DNA of 42,214 bases from an uncultured Gammaproteobacteria bacterium. GTDB lineage: Bacteria; Patescibacteriota; Patescibacteriia; Magasanikbacterales; UBA922. Below, piece after piece: positions 24,330 through 32,872 of this stretch (position 1 is its first letter; every line of letters begins with the position of its first letter). Location: positions 1-42,214 of the forward strand of contig CAYFPM010000001.1 of NCBI GenBank assembly GCA_964345045.1. Reading direction: 5' to 3'. The notes beneath the pieces are model-generated. The model worked only from the letters and a program-made list of their open reading frames with translations. It had not been told where the DNA came from and did no database searches. A program made the translations under genes and the position numbers.

Positions 24330-26915
24330 ATGAAGAGTATAACTAGTAAACAAAAATGGCGTATTCCAATTTTGGGAGCGTTCTTTGGGGTAATTGCTTT
24401 TTTGTTTGGAGTATTTTCAATTCAAACAGCCAATGCTTTAACCCCTATTCCATATCCAGCCGGAACATTATTAAAATGTGGTTCAGGCAATGCCATTTAT
24501 TATGTAGGTAGTGATGGCAAAAGATACGTTTTTCCAAATAGAGTAACTTATGATTCTTGGTATCCGGATTTTTCGGGGATAACTAGTGTATCCAATAACA
24601 TTTGTGCCAGAATGCGGTTAGGTGGAAATGTAACTATAAAACCAGGTTCTTTTTTGCTAAAAATGAATCATGATCCTAGAGTATTTGCTGTAGAATATCC
24701 AAATGTTTTGCGTCATGTATCTAGCGAGCAAGTAGCTAGATCTATCTATGGCAACAGATGGAATAGAAGAGGAAAAAGAGGTTCTATGAGAACTTTGGGT
24801 GAAGTTTTCTTTGCCAACTATACCGAAGGTAGTGCTATTACTTCTGCAAGTGATTATGACAAGGGCTTACAGTTGGCTAATTGTGACTCCATTAATCAAT
24901 GTTTAGGTTTGGGTTATATAGAAGTTCCACCAGCCCCAATGCCAGAAGTAATCCCACCAGAAGAAATTCCAGCTCCTGCCCCAGAACCAGCGCCAGTACC
25001 AACACCAGAACCAACTCCGACTCCAGCACCAGCACCAAATCCTGCTCCACAACCAGCTCCGGCTCCTGCCCCGGCACCAACCCCTGGTGGCTCTCCAGCT
25101 GGGATTACCAATCCATATACATCAGTTTCTCAGAGCGGTCTAAACACTCCGGCTGTGGGGAGTTCTTTCCAAGATCCAGATTTTGGGACCACACTTATGC
25201 GTTTGACCAATGCTCCAAATGGTGGTTCACGTAGACATATTTATTCTCAATTGCAAGTTATAAATAGAGACAATACTCATGCTTTAATCCTAGACGGTGG
25301 GAGCTACAGTGTATATAGAATCTCTGACCAAACAAAAGTGGCCGATCTTCCAGGAGATATAAACTTGCCAAGATGGAATCCAATCAACGCTGACGAACTT
25401 ATATTTTGGGACAGCAATGATACCGGTAGCCAAAATAGCGATGTAGTACTTGAAAAATATAATTTCAAAACAGGAACAAGATCTGTAATTGGGGCATTGC
25501 CAAGTAGATACCTAACAGTCAGAAACTCTCGTTCTTTTGAAGAAATTTCTCGTGATGGTCAATGGATTACTGCCTTGGTAACTCGCGACGATGGTGGTGG
25601 AGATACTTTTATTTCTTACAACATTTTTGAGAAGAAAATCTACGCCGAGTTGAATCAAAATACAATGGCTGCCCAAAATTCACAATGTAGATTTGAACCG
25701 GATTGGGTAGGAACTTCTCCATCTGGTAAATACATGGTGATTAACTGGATCGGGGACGGAACAACAACTTGTCGCGGAGTAGAAGCCAGAGATATCAAAG
25801 ATGGTTCTTACCTAGGACATGTAGCCGATGGTCACCAACATAGTGACATGGGATACGACGCAGCTGGTAACGAAGTCTATGTAACAGCCACTTCCGATGG
25901 TCCTTCTACTGTGATTTTGTACTCACAGTTTCCAGGATCAAGAAATTTTAATCCATCCCAACACGAACGAGTAGTTTTAAACGTAGGTTGGGCACAAAAT
26001 TTCAATACCAATTCTCACTTTGAACATATTTCTTGTTTAGGCCCAGCTGGAGTTTGTGTAGTTAGTGCCACTGGTAATCCATCGGATGCACTTGGTGGAG
26101 AAATTTACTTGGTTTACTTGGATGGGAGTTCTGCCGATACTAGTGAAATAAACAACGACAATGCCAAAGTAAGACGCCTGGCTTTTCACAGATCAAGCAA
26201 TAGTGAATACTTGGCTCAACCTCAACCTTCTATTTCTCAAGATGGTTCGTACGTAGTTTTTGGAACTGATTGGGGCAACAGAAGCAACGGAATTGATGCT
26301 GTGTTGATTGATTTAAGAAACGCAGATATTAGCTCTCCAACCGGTAGCCATACAAATCCAAACACCACTACCAACAACAACCAAAACACAAACAATAACA
26401 CTACAAATAACAATAATAGTAGCAACACAGATACCTCTACCAACAACAATACAGATAGTTCTAGCGACCAAACCAGTACTGATTCCTCTAGCAATGATAC
26501 AGATACTACAAACAATAATACAGATACTGGTAATACTTTTGACAACAGTGGTAGTAGTGGTACAACTGTAGGATCACTCCCTGGTACTAGTAACAGTTCT
26601 ATCGTATTTAGTGTGTTTGGTACCGGAGCCGACAGGACAGCAACCCTAAACGATTATTACACAGATACCAATGGTAATTATTGTTTGGATCAGTCTCCAA
26701 TGACAGGTTGGTTTACAGAAGAGATTTACGCTTCTGCTGCTGGAGCCAACAACTTTAGTTCGGTAAATTACTCCCTAACAGATAATATTTGTAATGCCAG
26801 ACAAAGCAGAAGTTATAGTCTTTCCGGAGTAGGTAGCGGCACCAAAGATTTTGCCCTTTGTGTGACCGATACTAGAGATGGTGCTGTAAACTGTAGTGAG
26901 GTAGTAACTAGATAA
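24330..26915 (+). CDS. Large secreted surface protein (861 aa) with Pro-Ala linker, propeller-like core and Asn/Thr-rich tract
   Basis: Signal/anchor IPILGAFFGVIAFLFGVF. PAPAPEPAPVPTPEPTPTPAPAP linker (about 24930-25090). N/T/S low-complexity run (about 26340-26560). Cys-containing C-terminal domain. Confidence 0.75.
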   Translation: MKSITSKQKWRIPILGAFFGVIAFLFGVFSIQTANALTPIPYPAGTLLKCGSGNAIYYVGSDGKRYVFPNRVTYDSWYPDFSGITSVSNNICARMRLGGNVTIKPGSFLLKMNHDPRVFAVEYPNVLRHVSSEQVARSIYGNRWNRRGKRGSMRTLGEVFFANYTEGSAITSASDYDKGLQLANCDSINQCLGLGYIEVPPAPMPEVIPPEEIPAPAPEPAPVPTPEPTPTPAPAPNPAPQPAPAPAPAPTPGGSPAGITNPYTSVSQSGLNTPAVGSSFQDPDFGTTLMRLTNAPNGGSRRHIYSQLQVINRDNTHALILDGGSYSVYRISDQTKVADLPGDINLPRWNPINADELIFWDSNDTGSQNSDVVLEKYNFKTGTRSVIGALPSRYLTVRNSRSFEEISRDGQWITALVTRDDGGGDTFISYNIFEKKIYAELNQNTMAAQNSQCRFEPDWVGTSPSGKYMVINWIGDGTTTCRGVEARDIKDGSYLGHVADGHQHSDMGYDAAGNEVYVTATSDGPSTVILYSQFPGSRNFNPSQHERVVLNVGWAQNFNTNSHFEHISCLGPAGVCVVSATGNPSDALGGEIYLVYLDGSSADTSEINNDNAKVRRLAFHRSSNSEYLAQPQPSISQDGSYVVFGTDWGNRSNGIDAVLIDLRNADISSPTGSHTNPNTTTNNNQNTNNNTTNNNNSSNTDTSTNNNTDSSSDQTSTDSSSNDTDTTNNNTDTGNTFDNSGSSGTTVGSLPGTSNSSIVFSVFGTGADRTATLNDYYTDTNGNYCLDQSPMTGWFTEEIYASAAGANNFSSVNYSLTDNICNARQSRSYSLSGVGSGTKDFALCVTDTRDGAVNCSEVVTR

Positions 26916-26925
26916 TCCAAAAAGA

Positions 26926-26960
26926 CAAAAAACAACCCCAAATGGGGTTGTTTTTGTTTT
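26926..26960 (+). terminator. Rho-independent terminator
   Basis: ACAACCCC-AAAT-GGGGTTGT followed by TTTTGTTTT. Confidence 0.85.
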
Positions 26961-26985
26961 ACCACTTTAGTATTATGACTAACAT

Positions 26986-28272
26986 ATGATCCAAAAAATT
27001 CTCGATTTACATACTCACTCCAAATACTCTAGAGCTTGCTCCAAACACTTGGAATTACCTCTGATTGCCAAAACTTGTGAGATCAGAGGGATAGATATTT
27101 TGGCAACATCAGATTTTACCCATCCGGCCTGGTTTGCCCACATGAAAGAAAATTTAGTAGAAGATAATGATGGAATTTACAAGCTAAAGGATGATAGTTC
27201 CAAAACCAGATTTTTAATTGGTACAGAAATAGCCTCTATCAAAAAACACGCAGATAAGACCAGACGACTTCATCTGTTGATATTTTCTCCAAGTTTAGAG
27301 GTGACTGAAAAATTTAATAAAACACTAGACAATCGAGGTTTTAATTTGTCTGCCGATGGCCGACCTATACTAGGAATGACTGCTAAAAATATTTTGGAGT
27401 TAATGCTTGAAACAGACGAGAGAATGGTAATGATTCCAGCTCATGCTTGGACGCCTTGGTTTGGAGTATTTGGCTCCAAAGGTGGTTATGATTCACTACA
27501 AGAATGTTTTGAAGATTTGGCTCCTTATATATTTTCCATTGAAACCGGACTCTCTAGTGACCCGATTATGAATTGGCGTGTATCGGCACTTGATAATATT
27601 TCACTTATTTCCAATTCCGATGCCCATAGTCCACAAAAATTAGGTAGAGAAGCTAATGTAATGGAATTTTCCAACGAAAAAGATATTACATATAACGAGA
27701 TCATGAGGATTTTGAAAGAAGAAGATAAAAATAAATTTAAATTTACCATTGAATTTTATCCGGAAGAAGGTAAGTATCATATAGATGGACACAGAGATTG
27801 TAACTTTTCTTGTGAACCAGAAGAAACCAAAAAATTGAAGGGGATTTGCCCAAAATGTAAAAAGAATTTAGTTGTAGGAGTAATGAACAGAGTAGCAGAG
27901 TTGGCAGACAGAACCGAAGAAGAAGCTAAAAGAATAGCTGAGAAAAAAATACCTTACAAAAGTTTGGTTCCACTGGTAGAGATCTTGTCCGATACCTTGC
28001 AAAGAGGAGTAGGCACCAAAACAGTTTTGACAGAATATAATAATTTGATTGATAATCTAAAAACTAGTGAATTTGATATTTTGTTAAATCAAGACTTGAA
28101 AAATATCGAAAAAGCCAGTTCCAAACAAATAGCTACAGCTATAGACAAGGTAAGAAGGGGAGAAATTTTTATAAAACCTGGTTTTGATGGAGAGTTCGGA
28201 GTGGTGAAAGTTTTTGAACAAGGAAAAGATAGGGGATTCCCTATGCAAGGAGCGTTGAATATTGAGCTTTAG
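26986..28272 (+). CDS. PHP-domain protein with Cys4 zinc ribbon (endonuclease Q / TIGR00375-like)
   Basis: LDLHTHSKYS PHP start, PAHAWTPWF, SNSDAHS, CPKCKKNL zinc-ribbon half-site. Its 428 aa is similar to archaeal EndoQ. The assignment is from memory of the family. Confidence 0.55.
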   Translation: MIQKILDLHTHSKYSRACSKHLELPLIAKTCEIRGIDILATSDFTHPAWFAHMKENLVEDNDGIYKLKDDSSKTRFLIGTEIASIKKHADKTRRLHLLIFSPSLEVTEKFNKTLDNRGFNLSADGRPILGMTAKNILELMLETDERMVMIPAHAWTPWFGVFGSKGGYDSLQECFEDLAPYIFSIETGLSSDPIMNWRVSALDNISLISNSDAHSPQKLGREANVMEFSNEKDITYNEIMRILKEEDKNKFKFTIEFYPEEGKYHIDGHRDCNFSCEPEETKKLKGICPKCKKNLVVGVMNRVAELADRTEEEAKRIAEKKIPYKSLVPLVEILSDTLQRGVGTKTVLTEYNNLIDNLKTSEFDILLNQDLKNIEKASSKQIATAIDKVRRGEIFIKPGFDGEFGVVKVFEQGKDRGFPMQGALNIEL

Positions 28273-28291
28273 ATTGAGATTAAGATTGAGG
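28270..28291. repeat. Third copy of the AGATT(A/G) hexamer array
   Basis: TAGATTGAGATTAAGATTGAGG overlaps the stop of the PHP gene. It resembles the reverse complement of 22686-22716. Confidence 0.6.
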
Positions 28292-28352
28292 ATGTTCAAA
28301 ATGAGGTTTAATGATTTTTGGAGATAAAATACAAATTTCTTATCATAAACAT

Positions 28353-28724
28353 ATGATTGATCACATTACAATCCAAGTAAGAGATTTGGAGGAGAGTCGG
28401 GCATTTTATGAAAAGGTTCTTGCTGTTATCGACTACAAACAAGTTCTGACCAATGATAAAAAGACCTTTTATGGTTTTGGCCCTGACAAAGAACCATTTT
28501 TTGAAATTGTTCAATCAACCAAAGAACACCCTCTTCATGAAAAAATCCATTTTGCCTTTAAAGCCAAAAGCAAAGAGCAAGTAGATGAATTTTATAAAAT
28601 TGCTCTAGAGAACGGTGCTAAAGACAACGGTAAACCTGGTTCAAGACCAGATTATTCTTCAACATATTATGCCGCCTTTGTTATTGATCCTGATGGGAAT
28701 AATGTTGAATTTTGTTGTTATTAA
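28353..28724 (+). CDS. Glyoxalase/VOC-family protein
   Basis: MIDHITIQVRDLEESRAFYEKVL and HFAFKA...DPDGNNVEF are the paired beta-alpha-beta-beta-beta module hallmarks. Start chosen at ATG 28353. Confidence 0.8.
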   Translation: MIDHITIQVRDLEESRAFYEKVLAVIDYKQVLTNDKKTFYGFGPDKEPFFEIVQSTKEHPLHEKIHFAFKAKSKEQVDEFYKIALENGAKDNGKPGSRPDYSSTYYAAFVIDPDGNNVEFCCY

Positions 28725-28760
28725 AGTTTAATCTAAATAGTCTCTTAGTAATTTTTACAT

Positions 28761-28791
28761 AAAAAAATCCCGGCTAACCGGGATTTTTTTT
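28761..28791. terminator. Bidirectional rho-independent terminator
   Basis: AAAAAAATCCCGG-CTAA-CCGGGATTTTTTTT between convergent genes. Confidence 0.9.
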
Positions 28792-28801
28792 GAAAGAAAA
28801 T

Positions 28802-29215
28802 TTATCTTTTCTTTCTTTTTACAGCTTTGCGCTTAGGAGCAGCTTTGCGTTTAGTAGGTTTCTTTTTAGCAACCTTACGTTTAGCAGGTTTGCGTTTAGC
28901 AACCTTTTTCTTAGCTGGCTTGCGTTTTGTTGTTTTTTTCTTAGCAGCAGCTTTTTTGCGCTTAGGAGCAGCTTTGCGTTTAGCAGGTTTCTTTTTAGCA
29001 ACCTTACGTTTAGCAGGTTTGCGTTTAGCAACCTTTTTCTTAGCTGGTTTACGCTTAGCAACTTTCTTCTTAGCAGCAGGTTTCTTTTTAGCAACCTTGC
29101 GCTTAGTTGTTTTCTTTTTAGCAGCTGGCTTACGTCTGGCTGTAGTTCTTTTTACAGCTTTGCGTTTTTTAGGAGCAGCAGCTTTTTTGCGAGTAGCTCT
29201 TTTTCTTGCAGGCAT
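28802..29215 (-). CDS. Lysine/alanine-rich histone H1-like basic protein (137 aa) with internal 129-bp repeat
   Basis: Almost entirely K/R/A/P/T. KRKPAKKKVAKRKPAKRKVAKKKP(A/T)KRKAAPKRK occurs twice (DNA 28829-28925 and 28958-29054). G-rich SD upstream. Confidence 0.75.
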   Translation of the reverse strand: MPARKRATRKKAAAPKKRKAVKRTTARRKPAAKKKTTKRKVAKKKPAAKKKVAKRKPAKKKVAKRKPAKRKVAKKKPAKRKAAPKRKKAAAKKKTTKRKPAKKKVAKRKPAKRKVAKKKPTKRKAAPKRKAVKRKKR

Positions 29216-29522
29216 ATGTACACCCCCTCTCTTTAAGAGATTAATTAAGTATTTATTTTAAAAAGCTATGATTGATATAGCCATGGCACATACCAATTCA
29301 CAATAAATACTTTTTATTTTTTACATGACAAGCATTGATGTAAAAAATTTTCTCGCCCAACTCTGTAAAAAAAATTAAATTTATTTTTAACAAACTATTT
29401 TTGTTACAAAGTTAGGCGAGTTCGACCTGTTGCAATTAGTATAAGTTAATTTTTTTTATTTTAAAATAGTTTTAATAAAAAAACTGTGTATAACTTTTGT
29501 AAAAAAAACTTTTATAAAAAAA

Positions 29523-30182
29523 TTATTTTTTGATTTCTATTTTTTGTGTATCTTCGCCAAAGCCTTCAAAAATAAAAATTAATAAACTACCAAAAATAAT
29601 TCCAATTAAATTTGAAAAATAAAGAGTTGCTCCATTGTAAAAAATATTCCATTCTGCCAAGGTAATTCCAATACCGGCAACACACAAAGGAGGAATAACT
29701 GTAACAGAAATTGCTACTCCAGGTAGAGAACTTTTTCTATCCGGCTTGGTATAAGCATAAGCCCCAGCCATTCCAGAAAGAAGTGCCACTGCAAATAGCA
29801 AAGTATTTGGCTCGTAAGAAAATAAAGTGCTAAGTCCAAAGTTTATTTCTTGTAAATTAGAATAAAAAATTAAGTAAGATGAGATAGAAGATACTATTAT
29901 AGCTACGATAGAACCCATGACAATTGCTAATATAGCTCTAAAAACACTTTTTACCTTTAAAACAATTAAGGCAAAAGAAAACCAAAAGACAGGTGTAATA
30001 AGTGGGGCAACCAGCATAGCTCCTATTAAAATCGCCGTATTATTCAAGATAACTCCAATAGTTGCTATGGCAGCAGACAAAGCGATTAATAGAAAAAAAT
30101 CAACCGATGGTCGGCTGTATTCTTCTAGTTTCTTGGCGGCTCTATCTCTAACTTTTTGAGTGTGTGTTTTTATAAGAAACAT
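29523..30182 (-). CDS. Polytopic membrane protein (DUF389-like)
   Basis: Six hydrophobic helices. AMLVAPLITP resembles the DUF389 MLISPLMGP motif. Family call is tentative. Confidence 0.55.
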   Translation of the reverse strand: MFLIKTHTQKVRDRAAKKLEEYSRPSVDFFLLIALSAAIATIGVILNNTAILIGAMLVAPLITPVFWFSFALIVLKVKSVFRAILAIVMGSIVAIIVSSISSYLIFYSNLQEINFGLSTLFSYEPNTLLFAVALLSGMAGAYAYTKPDRKSSLPGVAISVTVIPPLCVAGIGITLAEWNIFYNGATLYFSNLIGIIFGSLLIFIFEGFGEDTQKIEIKK

Positions 30183-30183
30183 A

Positions 30184-30921
30184 TTAAGTAGGTTTAAGTT
30201 GGTTGATATGAAATTTTTTTTCTACTCTTTTCAAAATTATTTCTCCTTTTTTTATCATGTTGTTTACCCAGCGTAGACCAAATTTTTGGGTATGCCATTC
30301 AAAAATATGTTTTTGTTTTAGCCAGCTTATAAATAATTTCATTAAACGAATAACATAATTTCTGGCAGCCTGTGTTTTCATATGCAAGTGTTTGGTGGTC
30401 AAAAACCATCTAATAGCTGCTTTGTAACCAGCATGATAAATTTTGGAAGAATCTGCCATTGTCATTAACTTTTCCATTCTATCTAGATTGAGTATATCCA
30501 AACTATCGGCGTCTTTTAACAGATCAATTAAGATTCTATCTTTTTTTCTGATAAGTATTCTGGTCAATAATTGTCCGGTGGCAAAACTTTTGCAAAAGAT
30601 TATTCTAGTAGATTTACCTGTTATAGATCCAAATAATCTACATTTTATAGTAGCTTTCCACAACATAAGAGCCGAGATCATGTCGTCTACAAAAGGCATC
30701 CAAACAATTGATGGTTTTTTTGTTATTGTCCTACCCACATCGTGCCACCAAGCCGCCAATACCAAAGCTTGTGTATCTTTGCTATTGAGACCTGTATCTT
30801 TGGCAAGCTGTTTGGCATAGCTTGCTACTTGCTCTGCGTGGGTAAGATCGTGAGCCGGATCGGGAGAAGCTTTCATCCTTCTTTTGGCTTCGAATATAAG
30901 TTTTGTTACTTTTGAGTCCAT
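30184..30921 (-). CDS. HD-domain phosphohydrolase
   Basis: HDLTHAEQVASYAKQL ... AAWWHDVGR ... DADSLD. Confidence 0.75.
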   Translation of the reverse strand: MDSKVTKLIFEAKRRMKASPDPAHDLTHAEQVASYAKQLAKDTGLNSKDTQALVLAAWWHDVGRTITKKPSIVWMPFVDDMISALMLWKATIKCRLFGSITGKSTRIIFCKSFATGQLLTRILIRKKDRILIDLLKDADSLDILNLDRMEKLMTMADSSKIYHAGYKAAIRWFLTTKHLHMKTQAARNYVIRLMKLFISWLKQKHIFEWHTQKFGLRWVNNMIKKGEIILKRVEKKFHINQLKPT

Positions 30922-31063
30922 ATTGTCCCAAGTATACCAATATATATAGTACTTATCAATTATAAAGCTCTCCCCGCTTTATTTTGGGCTTAGACTTGAT
31001 TTTTTGGCCTAGTTTTGGTAATTTATGCCCATTGTCTTCGGATATTTATTACAAAAAATTTAA

Positions 31064-31150
31064 GGGCCTATTTCCGACTTTGTCGGAACTGATTCACTTC
31101 GTGTAATCAGAGCTCAGCGGTTAGTCCTGACACCTCGGGATATAACGTTG
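31064..31150 (+). pseudogene. Degenerate 5'-half copy of tRNA-Ile interrupted by hairpin inserts
   Basis: GGGCCTAT + [TTCCGAC-TTT-GTCGGAA][CTGATTCAC-TTC-GTGTAATCAG] + AGCTCAGCGGTTAG + [TCCTGACACCTCGGGA] + TATAACGTTG. No T arm or 3' acceptor strand. Confidence 0.7.
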
Positions 31151-31184
31151 TATGTTATAGTGTCTTCAAAACAACTAGAATTAA

Positions 31185-31257
31185 GGGCCTATAGCTCAGT
31201 GGTTAGAGCACAACGCTTATAACGTTGGGGTCGATGGTTCAAGTCCATCTAGGCCCA
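31185..31257 (+). tRNA. tRNA-Ile (anticodon UAU)
   Basis: Hand-folded cloverleaf: acceptor GGGCCTA/TAGGCCC, D arm GCTC-AGTGGTTA-GAGC, anticodon arm CAACG-CTTATAA-CGTTG, T arm GATGG-TTCAAGT-CCATC, discriminator A. CCA is not encoded. Confidence 0.9.
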
Positions 31258-31281
31258 CTATATACATCCAAAATAGATCTT

Positions 31282-32223
31282 ATGAAAAAAATAGTAGATG
31301 ACAATTTTGCAGGATCTAGATTGGATGTTTTTTTATCCGAGGAATTGGGTAAAACTAGATCACAAATAAAAAGATTAGTAGAAGCTGGTTTGGTATTGTT
31401 GAATAATAAAAAACCTAAAAAAGCCGGAGATAAGCTTAAATCCGGCGATGAAATTGAGATTTTGGAAATAGAAGAAGAGATAAAGTCAGATACAAAGATT
31501 CCTCATATAAAAGTTTTGGCAGAAGAAAAAAATTATTTGGTAATAGAAAAACCAACTGATTTGCTTGTTCATCCTACAGAAGCAGAAGAAAAAAATACAC
31601 TAAAAGATTGGCTAATAGAAACTTTTCCAGAAATAAATGGAGTAGGAGAACACAAAGATAGACCCGGTATCGTACATAGATTGGACAAAGATGTGTCCGG
31701 TGTGATGGTAGTTGCCAAAAATCAGACAATGTTTGAAAATTTGAAAGAGCAATTTAAAAGTAGATCTATAGATAAGATTTATACAGTTCTGGTGCATGGA
31801 GTGGTAGAAAAAGATCATGGTCTGATAGATTTTGCTATAGAACGTGGAACAGATGGTAGAATGGCAGCTAGGCCACATGTAGACACAACCAAGCTAAAAA
31901 ATGTTGGCAAAGAACAAACCGGCAAAGAAGCTCTTACAGAATTTTGGGTAGAAAAAAGATTTTCTCGTTTTACATTATTAAAAATAAAAATTCATACAGG
32001 GAGAACTCATCAAATTCGGGTACACATGTTGGCCTATGGCCACCCTATAGTCGGTGACAAACTTTATCTAAACAAAAAATTGAATTTAAAAAGAGACATT
32101 GATTTAGGTAGAATTTTTTTGCATTCTACACAGCTTTCTTTTGCAGATATTAATAATGAAGAGGTGACTTTTGAATCCAAATTGCCAAGTAAGCTCCAAA
32201 AATTTTTGACAGAGTTGAATTGA
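31282..32223 (+). CDS. RluA/RluD-family pseudouridine synthase with S4 domain
   Basis: RLDVFLSE...SRSQIKRLV S4 motif, catalytic HRLDKDVSGVMVVAKN, GRTHQIRVH. The start is moved to ATG 31282 so that it does not overlap the tRNA. Confidence 0.88.
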   Translation: MKKIVDDNFAGSRLDVFLSEELGKTRSQIKRLVEAGLVLLNNKKPKKAGDKLKSGDEIEILEIEEEIKSDTKIPHIKVLAEEKNYLVIEKPTDLLVHPTEAEEKNTLKDWLIETFPEINGVGEHKDRPGIVHRLDKDVSGVMVVAKNQTMFENLKEQFKSRSIDKIYTVLVHGVVEKDHGLIDFAIERGTDGRMAARPHVDTTKLKNVGKEQTGKEALTEFWVEKRFSRFTLLKIKIHTGRTHQIRVHMLAYGHPIVGDKLYLNKKLNLKRDIDLGRIFLHSTQLSFADINNEEVTFESKLPSKLQKFLTELN

Positions 32224-32232
32224 GGTTTCGCT

Positions 32233-32868
32233 ATGCAGCAAATTTTGGCAACCCAAAATAGAAATATTCACCGGCCGTTTCATATTTATTCCGGGCACAC
32301 TTATTTTGTGACGGGGAGAATGATTAATGGAAAGACTTTGATGAAAGATAATAGTAGGAAGAGATTTTTTCAGGTAATTTTGAAAAATTTATCAGAAGAA
32401 TTGAATATTGGAATTTTTGCTTGGGTAGTACTTCACAATCATTATCATTTGTTATTTAAATTAAATAGAGGAGAGACGAGCGTAAGCTCGTCGAGGGCTA
32501 GTGACAAGCTGATGCTTGTCACTCCTAGTAATAATAGACAAAGTGAGAAATTGGTATCTTTTATGCGTAGGCTTCATGCCTCTACTGCTAGAAAGTTTAA
32601 TGAGATAGATCAAGCGTTTGGTAGAAAGGTTTGGTCTCAATACTTCGATTATTGTATAAGGGATGAAAAAGATTTTTTTACTCATTTTAACTATATTGTG
32701 AAAAATCCACTTAAGCACAAACTTGTGTTAAATTTAAACCAAGCTTATAATTACCCTTATTCTAGCAATCCTACGTGGGTCTCTAGATTGGGAATAGTAG
32801 GGTTGGGAGAGGGTATGGCAAGATACCCGGTAGAGGAGTGCCCTCAAGCTATAGAAGAGTTAAATTAA
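32233..32868 (+). CDS. HUH/Y1 transposase-like protein (REP-associated tyrosine transposase / IS200-like fold)
   Basis: HUH motif in VVLHNHYHLLF. Catalytic-Tyr region HFNYIVKNPLKH. WSQYFDYCIRDE. Has an in-frame GC-rich double-hairpin insert at 32475-32523. Confidence 0.7.
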   Translation: MQQILATQNRNIHRPFHIYSGHTYFVTGRMINGKTLMKDNSRKRFFQVILKNLSEELNIGIFAWVVLHNHYHLLFKLNRGETSVSSSRASDKLMLVTPSNNRQSEKLVSFMRRLHASTARKFNEIDQAFGRKVWSQYFDYCIRDEKDFFTHFNYIVKNPLKHKLVLNLNQAYNYPYSSNPTWVSRLGIVGLGEGMARYPVEECPQAIEELN

Positions 32869-32872
32869 AAGT

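Noticed and set aside
24892-25234. Short ORFs on both strands in the Pro-Ala linker region
   Set aside because: These are alternative frames of a GC-rich CCAGC(A/T)CC repeat inside the 861-aa gene.
28829-29054. Possible CRISPR-like or satellite repeat
   Set aside because: There are only two 97-nt copies with a 129-bp period. They are in frame inside a coding sequence, and there are no unique spacers.
28790-29261. Plus-strand ORFs (148 and 144 aa) and a second minus-strand frame over the lysine-rich gene
   Set aside because: These are low-complexity repeat artefacts (poly-Leu/Phe/Ser frames). Only the minus-strand K/A/P frame has an SD and a terminator. Some residual uncertainty is noted in the finding.
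31225-31281. Upstream extension of the pseudouridine synthase ORF
   Set aside because: It overlaps the 3' half of the tRNA-Ile gene. An ATG at 31282 gives a normal N-terminus.
30922-32868. Integrated element at the tRNA-Ile gene
   Set aside because: No integrase, no 3'-end tRNA duplication and no block of foreign genes. The duplicated piece is the 5' half only, and it lies 120 nt upstream.
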